Positions 7,177-14,680 of a stretch of DNA of 24,000 bases are shown here, piece after piece (positions within the stretch are counted from its first letter, which is position 1; the number at the start of each line of letters is the position of its first letter). Both the position numbers and the translations under genes were made by a program. Below the pieces are notes generated by a model. It was not told the origin of the DNA, did not search any database, and worked only from the letters and a program-made list of their open reading frames with translations. This DNA is from Vicinamibacteraceae bacterium. GTDB taxonomy: Bacteria; Acidobacteriota; Vicinamibacteria; Vicinamibacterales; Vicinamibacteraceae. The stretch spans positions 34,235-58,234 of the forward strand of contig CAVXAR010000006.1 of assembly GCA_963759795.1 (NCBI GenBank). Reading direction: 5' to 3'.

Positions 7177-7938
7177 GCACGACTCCTGAAGTGGGCGAGC
7201 CACTCGAGATTGCCTTCCATGCCCTCGATGGGCGAGGCCGTCTGGGCCGCGGGCGTCCAGGCCCAGCGCGTCGGCCGCCGCGATGATCTCGGCCAGGACC
7301 CGGGCACGCACGGCGTCGTCGCGGACCACCCCGTGCTTGCCGACCTCCTCGCGCCCGGCCTCGAACTGCGGCTTGACCAGCAGCACCACGTCGGCGCCGG
7401 GACGGAGCAGGGGCGGAATCACCGGGAGAATGTACCGCAGCGAGATGAACGAGACGTCGGCGGTGACGATGTCGAAGTGCCGATGGTCGGGCGGCAGGTC
7501 ACCTGGCGAGAGGTGACGGGCGTTGATGCGTTCGAGACAGGTGACGCGTGCGTCGGAGCGCAGCCGCCAGTCCATCTGGTTGTGACCGACGTCCAGCGCC
7601 ACCACGTGGCGGGCGCCACGTCGCAGCAGCACGTCGGTGAAGCCTCCGGTCGAGGCGCCGACGTCCAGCGCCTCACGGCCGTCCACGGGGATGGCAAAGA
7701 CGTCGAGCGCGTGTACCAGCTTGAGCGCGCCACGGCCGACGTACGGATGATCCGCTTGTCGCACCTGCAGTTCGGCGTCGTCACGCACCAGGTGTCCGGG
7801 CTTGGGTGGGGCCGAGGTTCCGGGCAGGCTGACGTGGCCGGCCAGAATCAGCGCCCGGGCCCGCTCGCGCGAGGGGGCCAGCCCACGCTGCACGAGCAGC
7901 GTGTCGAGCCGGACGCGGGCCGGGCGTGGGGCGGTCAC
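7173..7938 (-). pseudogene. tlyA: TlyA family rRNA (cytidine-2'-O)-methyltransferase (S4 + FtsJ domains); frame broken by a 1-nt shift about 22 codons before the stop
   Basis: GTG 7938 (GTGA overlap with the ispA stop) opens VTAPRPARVRLDTLLVQRGLAPSRERARALILAGHV...YVGRGALKL...ALDVGASTGGFTDVLLRRGARHVVALDVGHNQ...DVSFISL...LVKPQFEAGREEVGKHGVV...AADALGLDARG. The conserved C-terminus TASPIEGMEGNLEWLAHFRSRA-stop is in the next frame, and its TGA (7175..7173) overlaps the nadK ATG. Confidence 0.88.
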
Positions 7939-8864
7939 TGGCGGCGGGTCAGGGTCCAGTCGAGGATGGCTGGCAGGTGGCCCGAGAGACCGGCGCGTTC
8001 GAGCGCGGCGTGGCCACGGGCGGCGCAATCGCGGGCGCGCTGCCTGCTGCCCTCGACCCCGAACAGCGCCGGGTAGGTCAGCTTGCCGGCGGCTTCGTCC
8101 TTGCCGGCATGCTTGCCGAGCGAGGCGGCGTCACCTTCGACGTCGAGGACGTCGTCCACGATCTGGAAGCACAGGCCCAGTTCGGTGGCGTAGGCATCGA
8201 CCGCCGCCACCTGCGACGGGGTCCCGCCGGCCATGATCGCGCCGGCACCGGTCGCCGCCCGGATCAGGGCCCCGGTCTTGCGCGCGTGCACGTCCTGCAG
8301 TCGCTCCAGGTCGTCTTCGCACCGGTCCTGGCGTGGCGCGCCTTCCCACTGCAGGTCGAGCACCTGGCCGCCGACCATGCCCCACACACCGGCCGAACGG
8401 GCGATGAGGTACACGGTCTGCAGCTTGCGCTGGGCGATGGCCGCGCCGTCGAGGGCTGGCTCGCGCGCCAGCAGCGCGAAGGCCTCGGTCAGGAGGCCGT
8501 CACCCGACAGGATGGCCAGTGCGTCGCCGTACACGACGTGGGCGGTGGGCCGGCCGCGGCGCAACGTGTCGTTGTCCATGGCCGGCAGATCGTCGTGCAC
8601 CAGCGAGTACGTGTGGATCATCTCGAGCGCGCACGCGGCCGGCAGCGCCAGGGTGCGCGCATCAGGGTGGCCGAGACCGACGGCGTCGGCAGCCGCCAGC
8701 ACCAGCACCGGCCGCATCCGCTTGCCGCCGGCCAGCAGGCTGTACTGCATCGCCTCGTGCAGTCGCGCCGGGCACTCGGGCGGCGCCGGCAACCACCGGG
8801 CCAGCGCCGCCGCCAGGTCACGCCGACAGCCGCTGGCGAACTCCTCGAAGTCGGGGGCGCTCAT
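7935..8864 (-). CDS. ispA: Polyprenyl (farnesyl/geranylgeranyl) diphosphate synthase
   Basis: ORF 7935..8864. First Asp-rich motif LVHDDLPAMDNDTLRRGRPT; second FQIVDDVLD; also GKRMRP and KTGAL. ATGA overlap with the xseB stop. Confidence 0.93.
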   Translation of the reverse strand: MSAPDFEEFASGCRRDLAAALARWLPAPPECPARLHEAMQYSLLAGGKRMRPVLVLAAADAVGLGHPDARTLALPAACALEMIHTYSLVHDDLPAMDNDTLRRGRPTAHVVYGDALAILSGDGLLTEAFALLAREPALDGAAIAQRKLQTVYLIARSAGVWGMVGGQVLDLQWEGAPRQDRCEDDLERLQDVHARKTGALIRAATGAGAIMAGGTPSQVAAVDAYATELGLCFQIVDDVLDVEGDAASLGKHAGKDEAAGKLTYPALFGVEGSRQRARDCAARGHAALERAGLSGHLPAILDWTLTRRQ

Positions 8865-9115
8865 GCGCGGTCGGGCGGCCGGGGCGACAGTTCCTTGTCG
8901 AACGAGGCGGTCTCGTCGCGCAGCCCGCCGCTCTGCGTGAGCACGGTGATGCGGCGCTCCGCGTCCTCGAGCCGATCGTGGCAGAAGCGCGAGAGCTTGA
9001 CGCCGCGCTCGAACAGGGCCAGCGACTGCTCGAGCGGCAGGTCACCCTGCTCGAGGGTGCGGACGAGGGCGTCGAGCTCGGTGATGGCCTGCTCGAAGTC
9101 GGTGGGATCAGTCAT
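8861..9115 (-). CDS. xseB: Exodeoxyribonuclease VII small subunit
   Basis: The last 84 aa of ORF 8861..9625, from ATG 9115: MTDPTDFEQAITELDALVRTLEQGDLPLEQSLALFERGVKLSRFCHDRLEDAERRITVL. ATGA overlap with the xseA stop. Confidence 0.9.
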   Translation of the reverse strand: MTDPTDFEQAITELDALVRTLEQGDLPLEQSLALFERGVKLSRFCHDRLEDAERRITVLTQSGGLRDETASFDKELSPRPPDRA

Positions 9116-10881
9116 GGACGTGAGGGGGACTCGGGTTCGATGGTGTCGACGTCGCAGTGCAGGAGGCCGTCGGGCAGCTGCACGTGTACGCGACCGCCAG
9201 GGGCGACGTCGGCGACACTGCGCACCACCTCGGCTCCCGGCACCTCCCAGCAGATGGCGTAGCCGCGGGCGAGGGTGCGGAGCGGGCTCAGCGCATCGAG
9301 CTGCGCCGACAGCGAGGACAGCTGACGGTCGCGCGCGTGGCGGCTCTGCACAAGCGCGGCGCGCGCCCGCGCCAGCTGCTGATCGACCCGGCGCCGTGCC
9401 TGGCCGAGACGGCCGCTGAGTCCGGCGCGGGCCATCCGCTCGCGCCGCGCCTGCAGGGCGACCTGCGCCGCTGCGCGGCGCGCGTGCACCGCGGCGCGCA
9501 GGCGGTCGTCGATCTGCCCGAGGCGACGCACGCGCGTCGCGAACTGGCGCTGTGGATGCTGCTCGTCGAGTCGTCGCGCGAGGTCGTCGACGCGCCGGCG
9601 GCGCTGCTGCGCGTGCTGCCGCCACACTTCGGCCAGGCGGCCGTCGAGTTCGCTGCAGTGCCGGTCGCGGTTGCGCAGGTCGTCGCGGAAGTGCGCAAAC
9701 CCGGGACGCTGCTCGATGCGCAGCAGGCGGGTGCGGTGACGGTCGAGGCGACTGCGCAGCAACAGCGACATCTGGCGGCGGGCGCCGGCGAGCCGGTCGC
9801 GAAAGTCGCTGGCCTGGTGCATGACGATCTCGGCCGCCTGCGATGGCGTCGCGGCCCGGACGTCGGCCACCAGGTCGGCAATGGTCGTGTCCACCTCGTG
9901 GCCGACCGCGGCAATGACCGGCACCGGCGCCCCGGCGATGGCACGCGCCACGATCTCCTCGTTGAACGCCCAGAGGTCCTCGAGCGAGCCGCCGCCGCGA
10001 CCGACGATCAGGACATCGACGCCGGCGACACGCGACACCCGGGCGATGGCGCGAGCGATCTCGGCGGCCGCGCCGTCGCCCTGCACGCGCGTCGGGCTGA
10101 TCACGATGTCGGCAGGCGCATGGCGCGTGCGCAGCACCCGCAGGATGTCGCGCAGCGCCGCGCCATCGAGTGAGGTGACCACGCCGATGCGGCGCGGCAG
10201 CATCGGCAGCGCCCGCTTGCGGGTGGCCGCGAACAGGCCCTCGGCCTGCAGCCGGGCCTTCAGCTGTTCGAAGGCCAGCTGCAGCGCACCGGCGCCCCTG
10301 GGCTCGATGCTGTCGGCCAGCAACTGGTAGCGCCCACGCGGCACGTACACCGAGATGCGGCCCTTCACCAGGACGTGCAGACCGGTCGTCAGCCTGAAGC
10401 GGAGGCGCGCCGCATCGGTGCGCCAGAGGACCGCGGACAACTGCGCCCCGCCATCCTTGAGCGTGAAGTAGATGTTGCCACCGGAATTGGTGCAGTCGGC
10501 AATCTCCCCCTCGACCCAGACCCGCGTGAACTGCCCCTCGAGCGATTGCCGGACGGCGTGGGTCAGTTCGCTGACCGAGAAGACCCGCGGGCGGGCCCGC
10601 TCCTCCCCGCCAGGTCGATGGCCGCCGGGTACCGGCATCGATGCGGCGTCAGCGGGCGCCCGGCCTTCACGCGGGGCGGCGCGCTCGCCCCGCCAGGTCG
10701 CCGGTGCCGGGGCGGAGGCTGTGCTCGGGGCTGGGACGGCTGCCGGGCCGGGCGGGTTGGCCGGTGCAGTGCGCGACGGCACGGCAGGCGCCTCGGCGAA
10801 CGGCGGCGGCACGTCCAGCGGCTGCAGGTCCTCAGGTGCGAGCGGCTCGTCTTCAAACGGCAGGTCGAAGAGCGAGTTCAC
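9112..10881 (-). CDS. xseA: Exodeoxyribonuclease VII large subunit, with about 80-100 aa Pro/Ala-rich N-terminal extension if GTG 10881 is used
   Basis: Lower part of composite ORF 9112..11889: VFSVSELTHAVRQSLEGQFTRVWVEGEIADCTNSGGNIYFTLKD...RIGVVTSLDGAALRDILRVLRTRHAPADIVISPTRVQGDGAA...VGRGGGSLEDLWAFNEE...IAAVGHEVDTTIADLVADVRAATPSQAAE. GTG 10881 forms a GTGA overlap with the ymdB-like stop. Alternative internal start at ATG 10638. Confidence 0.9.
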   Translation of the reverse strand: MNSLFDLPFEDEPLAPEDLQPLDVPPPFAEAPAVPSRTAPANPPGPAAVPAPSTASAPAPATWRGERAAPREGRAPADAASMPVPGGHRPGGEERARPRVFSVSELTHAVRQSLEGQFTRVWVEGEIADCTNSGGNIYFTLKDGGAQLSAVLWRTDAARLRFRLTTGLHVLVKGRISVYVPRGRYQLLADSIEPRGAGALQLAFEQLKARLQAEGLFAATRKRALPMLPRRIGVVTSLDGAALRDILRVLRTRHAPADIVISPTRVQGDGAAAEIARAIARVSRVAGVDVLIVGRGGGSLEDLWAFNEEIVARAIAGAPVPVIAAVGHEVDTTIADLVADVRAATPSQAAEIVMHQASDFRDRLAGARRQMSLLLRSRLDRHRTRLLRIEQRPGFAHFRDDLRNRDRHCSELDGRLAEVWRQHAQQRRRRVDDLARRLDEQHPQRQFATRVRRLGQIDDRLRAAVHARRAAAQVALQARRERMARAGLSGRLGQARRRVDQQLARARAALVQSRHARDRQLSSLSAQLDALSPLRTLARGYAICWEVPGAEVVRSVADVAPGGRVHVQLPDGLLHCDVDTIEPESPSRP

Positions 10882-11675
10882 CGCAAATCCTCGATGTCGG
10901 TGGGCGTGAGGCTGAGGCGCTCGATGGCACTTGCGCGCCCCGAGGCGTCGGCGGTGACGATGACGCCGTGCAGCTTCGGCATCCCCGAGGCCGTATCGAA
11001 CTTGGTCGGCAGGCCGCTGAGGAAGCGGGCGATGATCGGGGCGCGGTCGACGCCGATGACGCCGTCGTGGGGACCGGTCATGCCGACATCGGTGCAGTAC
11101 GCCGTGCCGCCCGGCAGGACCTGCGCATCTGCGGTCTGCACGTGGGTGTGGGTGCCGACGACCGCCGTGGCCAGGCCGTCGAGATGCCAGCCGAGCGCAA
11201 TCTTCTCCGAGGTCGCCTCGGCGTGGAAATCCACGAAGACGATGTCGGCGTGGGCCTTCAACCGTTCGACCTCCGCGCGACCGAGCGAGAACGGGTCGTC
11301 GAGCGCGGTCATGAAGACACGCCCCATCAGGTTCAGCACACCCACGCGTGTGCCGTCGGCCGTGGTCACGATCGTCGAGCCACGCCCGGGTGTGCCGGCC
11401 GGGTAGTTGAAGGGCCGCAGCAGACGCGGCTCCTCGTCGATGAAGGCCAGGATCTCCCGCTTGTCCCACACGTGGTTGCCCGAGGTCATCACCGCGATGC
11501 CGGTGTCGAACAACTCCCGCGAGATCTCGCGCGTGATGCCGAAGCCGCCGGCGCTGTTCTCGCCATTGGCTATCACCAGATCGATCGCACGGGTCCGGAC
11601 CAGCGCCGGAACGGCGCGCTTGACGAGGTCGCGCCCGACCTTGGCGAAGATATCGCCGATGAAGAGGATGCGCAT
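10878..11675 (-). CDS. YmdB-like metallophosphoesterase (2',3'-cyclic-nucleotide phosphodiesterase family)
   Basis: ORF 10878..11675: MRILFIGDIFAKVGR...VIANGENSAGGFGIT...MTSGNHVWDK...DFHAEATSEK...GTHTHVQTADAQVLPGGTAYCTDVGMTGP. Confidence 0.88.
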   Translation of the reverse strand: MRILFIGDIFAKVGRDLVKRAVPALVRTRAIDLVIANGENSAGGFGITREISRELFDTGIAVMTSGNHVWDKREILAFIDEEPRLLRPFNYPAGTPGRGSTIVTTADGTRVGVLNLMGRVFMTALDDPFSLGRAEVERLKAHADIVFVDFHAEATSEKIALGWHLDGLATAVVGTHTHVQTADAQVLPGGTAYCTDVGMTGPHDGVIGVDRAPIIARFLSGLPTKFDTASGMPKLHGVIVTADASGRASAIERLSLTPTDIEDLR

Positions 11676-11681
11676 CGCGCG

Positions 11682-12113
11682 CTAGATGACCTTCTCGATG
11701 GGGATCACGAACTCCTGCCCGCTGTTGAGGCGGGGGAGTCGCACTCGCAGCTCGCCTTCGCTCATCGTGGCGCGGGCTCGCGTCAGGTCGAGCGTGGCGG
11801 TGATGCGGACCGCACGGGCGAAGCGCCCGAAGCTGCGCTCGACGAGATGGAACGCCGTGGCGCCGGCCTGGCTGCCCGCGGCAGGCCACTTGCAGCCGGC
11901 AATCACCAGCGTGTTGTTCTTGAAGAGCACCCGGACGTTGTCAGGGGAGACGCCAGCCAGGTCGAGCACCACCTCGAGGTATTCCTCGCGCTCGACCACG
12001 TCCATGGGCGGCGCATGCAGGCCGCCCGGGGTCGCGTCGTGGGCCTGTTGGAGATCCTCGAAGAGTCGCCGGACCTCGTCGGCGAGTTCGGCCGCCTCTG
12101 GAAACGACAGCAT
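11682..12113 (-). CDS. Small heat shock protein, Hsp20/alpha-crystallin family
   Basis: ORF 11682..12173 trimmed to internal ATG 12113. Sequence: MLSFPEAAELADEVRRLFEDL...PPMDVVEREEYLEVVLDLAGVSPDNVRVLFKNNTLVIAG...FHLVERSFGRFARAVRI...SEGELRVRLPR, with a C-terminal IPI (IxI) motif. Its stop is 6 nt from the ymdB-like ATG. Confidence 0.85.
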   Translation of the reverse strand: MLSFPEAAELADEVRRLFEDLQQAHDATPGGLHAPPMDVVEREEYLEVVLDLAGVSPDNVRVLFKNNTLVIAGCKWPAAGSQAGATAFHLVERSFGRFARAVRITATLDLTRARATMSEGELRVRLPRLNSGQEFVIPIEKVI

Positions 12114-12199
12114 GCGGCGATGATCGCATGGTCCGCGTGTCGCCGCACACCCTCTGATGAGCCCTGGCAACATGAGTCTAGAGGGCGCACATAAGATGC

Positions 12200-12228
12200 T
12201 TGACTCACACTCATGCCAGTATTATTCT
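12200..12228 (+). promoter_or_regulatory. Candidate sigma70-type promoter for the plus-strand hsp20
   Basis: TTGACT (12200-12205), 17-nt spacer, TATTCT (12223-12228), in the least GC-rich patch of the window. This predicts a 5' UTR of about 110 nt. Motif match only. Confidence 0.4.
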
Positions 12229-12344
12229 GCTGGTGTTGGTTGCAGAGGCGAGGCGCGTGACGTGACTCGGCCTGTGCTGATGACTGAGCAGCAAGACCGG
12301 AGACCGGCCTCGATAGCCGTCTCCACAGTCTGGGAGACAAGGAC

Positions 12345-12794
12345 ATGACGATGGTGCGATTCGACCCCTTCCGTGAACTCTCGACGATGCAGGAGCGCAT
12401 CAACCGGATCTTCGGCGACGCCTACACGCGCCGCCACGACGACGATCTCAACCAGCGCGGCGAGTGGTTTCCGCCCGTGGACATCTTCGAGAACGCGCAG
12501 CAGGAGATCGTGATGAAGGCCGAACTGCCCGGCCTGTCGCGTGAGGACATCGACCTGCGCGTCGAGAACAACACCCTCACGCTGCGCGGTGAGCGCAAGC
12601 GTGACGGCGAGGTCAAGCAGGAGCAGTTCCACCGGGTGGAGCGGTCCTACGGAGCCTTCAGCCGTTCGTTCGCGCTGCCGACGCGCATCGATACCGACAA
12701 GGTGCGGGCCGAGTTCCGTGACGGGGTGCTCACGGTCTCGCTGCCGGTGAAGGCCGAAGCCAAGCCGCGGCAGATCGAGGTGGCCATCAGCTGA
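12345..12794 (+). CDS. Small heat shock protein, Hsp20/alpha-crystallin family
   Basis: ORF 12345..12794: WFPPVDIFENAQQEIVMKAELPGLSREDIDLRVENNTLTLRGERK...FHRVERSYGAFSRSFALPTRIDTDKVRAEFRDGVLTVSLPV, with a C-terminal IEV (IxI-like) motif. SD GGAGAC 6-12 nt upstream. Confidence 0.93.
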   Translation: MTMVRFDPFRELSTMQERINRIFGDAYTRRHDDDLNQRGEWFPPVDIFENAQQEIVMKAELPGLSREDIDLRVENNTLTLRGERKRDGEVKQEQFHRVERSYGAFSRSFALPTRIDTDKVRAEFRDGVLTVSLPVKAEAKPRQIEVAIS

Positions 12795-12801
12795 GTCGGA
12801 C

Positions 12802-12827
12802 GGCCCGGCACTGCCCAGTGCCGGGCC
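12802..12827 (+). terminator. Perfect 11-bp GC hairpin downstream of hsp20 (terminator candidate, no U-tract)
   Basis: GGCCCGGCACT (12802-12812), loop GCCC, AGTGCCGGGCC (12817-12827), 8 nt after the stop. A second 8-bp hairpin GCTCCCGC...GCGGGAGC follows at 12840-12865. Confidence 0.5.
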
Positions 12828-12918
12828 ACTGCCAACCCGGCTCCCGCCCGAACACGAGCGGGAGCAGGCTGAACCCGTCGCTCCCCCGACTCGTCACATT
12901 CGCGCAGGGGGACGACCG

Positions 12919-13242
12919 ATGACCTCGTTGTTGGTGCTGGGGATGGCGATGGTGGCGATGACGGTGGTGGCCGGCTTGTCTCTGGCCTGGATGGCGCTGC
13001 GCGCCGTGTTGTGGCTGGTCCTGCTGCCGCTCATGCTCGTCAAGGCCCTGTTCGGGCTCGTCTTCGGGCTGGTCTTCGGGGCGTTCGGGCTGGTCGTGGG
13101 CCTGGTCGTCGCGGTCGTGATGGGCGGCCTCGGATTGCTGGCCATGCTGGCCGTGCTCGCCATCCCCGCCATTCCGCTGCTGCTGATCGCCGCCCTGGTC
13201 TGGGTCGCGGTCAAGGGCACCACCGCCCTCGCCTCAGCGTGA
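12919..13242 (+). CDS. Small very hydrophobic membrane protein (about 3-4 TM segments), unknown function
   Basis: ORF 12919..13242, preceded by SD AGGGGGA (12906-12912). The protein is almost entirely L/V/A/G/M, with a reiterated FGLV/GLVV motif. The overlapping antisense ORF 12894..13382 is low-complexity R/A/T/P junk. Confidence 0.6.
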   Translation: MTSLLVLGMAMVAMTVVAGLSLAWMALRAVLWLVLLPLMLVKALFGLVFGLVFGAFGLVVGLVVAVVMGGLGLLAMLAVLAIPAIPLLLIAALVWVAVKGTTALASA

Positions 13243-13252
13243 GCCAGCCTGC

Positions 13253-14680
13253 TCAGGCCGGCGTGGGAAAAGCGCCGCGCGCATCCTCGTAGCCGGCGGC
13301 GGCGCGCAGCAGCACCGTTTCGGCAAAAGCCGGTGCGGTCAGTTGCAGGCCGATCGGCAGCCGTTGCCGGTCGAGACCACACGGCACGCTGATGGCCGGC
13401 AGCCCGGACAGGTTGGCGCTCACAGTGAACACGTCAGCCAGATACATCTGCAGCGGATCTTCCATCTTCTCGCCGAGCCGGAAGGCGGTGGTCGGAGTCG
13501 TCGGCATGGCCACGACGTCGACCGACGCGAAGGCGTGCTCGTAATCCCGGGTGATCAGCGTGCGCACCTGCTGGGCCTTGCGGTAGTAGGCGTCGTAATA
13601 CCCGGCGCTCAGCACGTAGGTGCCGAGCAGGATGCGCCGGATCACCTCGGCCCCGAACCCGGTGCTGCGGGAGGCGGCGTACATCGACGTGAGGTCGGTG
13701 CCTTCGGCGGCCGCTGCGCGATAGCCGAAGCGCACGCCGTCGTAGCGCGCCAGGTTGGCGCTGGCCTCGGCTGTCGCGACGAGATAGTAGGTGGGGATGG
13801 CGTGTGCGGCGTGCGGCAGGGCGATGTCGTGCAGGGTCGCGCCGGACGCCACCATGGTCGCCAGCGCCTGTTCAATCGACGCCCGCACGTCGTCGTCCAC
13901 GCCCTCGGCGAGCAGCGCCCGCGCGACACCGACGCGCAGCCCCCGCAGCGACGCGTCGCTGCCGGGGACCTCGAATGGCGGCGCGTCGACGGTGGTTGCA
14001 TCGCGAGGGTCGGGTGCCGCGATGGCCGTCAGGACGTGTGCGGCCTGCCGCACGGTGCGCGTCATCGGGCCGATTTGATCGAGTGAGGAGCCGTAAGCAA
14101 TCAGGCCGTAGCGCGACACCCGGCCGTAGGTGGGCTTGAGGCCGACGATGCCGCAGAAGGCGGCCGGCTGCCGGATCGAGCCGCCGGTGTCGGAGCCGAG
14201 TGCCGCCGGCACCACCCCTGCTGCAACCAGCGCCGCCGAGCCGCCACTGGAGCCGCCCGGAGTACGGGTCGGATCCCAGGGGTTGCGCACCGGACCAAAG
14301 GCCGAGTTCTCGTTGGACGACCCCATCGCGAACTCGTCGCAGTTGCTTTTGGCGACAATCACCGCGCCGGCCGCGTCGAGGCGTTCCACGACGGTGGCGT
14401 CGTATGGCGCGATGAACGTGTCGAGCATGCGCGAGCCCGCAGTGGTGCGGGTGCCACGGGCGCAGATGTTGTCCTTGATTGCCATCGGCACGCCCGCCAG
14501 CGCGAGCTGCGCCCGGTCGGTCGCGGCCATGCCATCGACGGCCTCGGCCCGCGTGCGAGCGCGAGACTCGGTGACCGTGAGGACGGCGTTCAGCGCGTGC
14601 GCGTCGGCAATGGCCGCGAGTGCCGTCTCGCAGGCCGCACGCGCGGTGGTACCCCCTTCGATCAAGTCGGTTGCAGTCAT
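13253..14680 (-). CDS. gatA: Glutamyl-tRNA(Gln)/aspartyl-tRNA(Asn) amidotransferase subunit A
   Basis: ORF 13253..14680. Amidase signature [14 protein letters not shown]...[16 protein letters not shown]; also [18 protein letters not shown] and [15 protein letters not shown]. Confidence 0.95.
   Translation of the reverse strand: MTATDLIEGGTTARAACETALAAIADAHALNAVLTVTESRARTRAEAVDGMAATDRAQLALAGVPMAIKDNICARGTRTTAGSRMLDTFIAPYDATVVERLDAAGAVIVAKSNCDEFAMGSSNENSAFGPVRNPWDPTRTPGGSSGGSAALVAAGVVPAALGSDTGGSIRQPAAFCGIVGLKPTYGRVSRYGLIAYGSSLDQIGPMTRTVRQAAHVLTAIAAPDPRDATTVDAPPFEVPGSDASLRGLRVGVARALLAEGVDDDVRASIEQALATMVASGATLHDIALPHAAHAIPTYYLVATAEASANLARYDGVRFGYRAAAAEGTDLTSMYAASRSTGFGAEVIRRILLGTYVLSAGYYDAYYRKAQQVRTLITRDYEHAFASVDVVAMPTTPTTAFRLGEKMEDPLQMYLADVFTVSANLSGLPAISVPCGLDRQRLPIGLQLTAPAFAETVLLRAAAGYEDARGAFPTPA

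Noticed and set aside
3032-7248. The frameshifts as programmed ribosomal frameshifting or transcriptional slippage
   Set aside because: The sites share no slippery motif, no in-frame stop or rare-codon context of the prfB type, and no downstream structure that I can see. They hit unrelated genes, and three of them fall within 60 nt of ruvX. Technical indels, or less likely real mutations, explain them more simply.
6001-8028. 675-aa minus-strand ORF as a single large fusion protein
   Set aside because: It is a chimera. It starts with out-of-frame read-through upstream of tlyA, continues through the tlyA body, then crosses into the nadK N-terminus because the tlyA frameshift removes its stop. 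It then runs out of frame through nadK and across the heptamer repeat tract.
9112-11889. 925-aa minus-strand ORF as one protein
   Set aside because: Only 9112..10881 is xseA. The upstream two-fifths is an alternative frame running across the well-supported ymdB-like gene (10878..11675) and the hsp20 3' end, and it reads as R/G/A/P-rich junk.
12894-13382. Minus-strand ORF 12894..13382 (162 aa) opposite the small hydrophobic ORF
   Set aside because: It overlaps the gatA 3' end, lacks an RBS, and encodes Arg/Thr/Ala/Pro low-complexity sequence. The plus-strand ORF has an SD and coherent TM segments.
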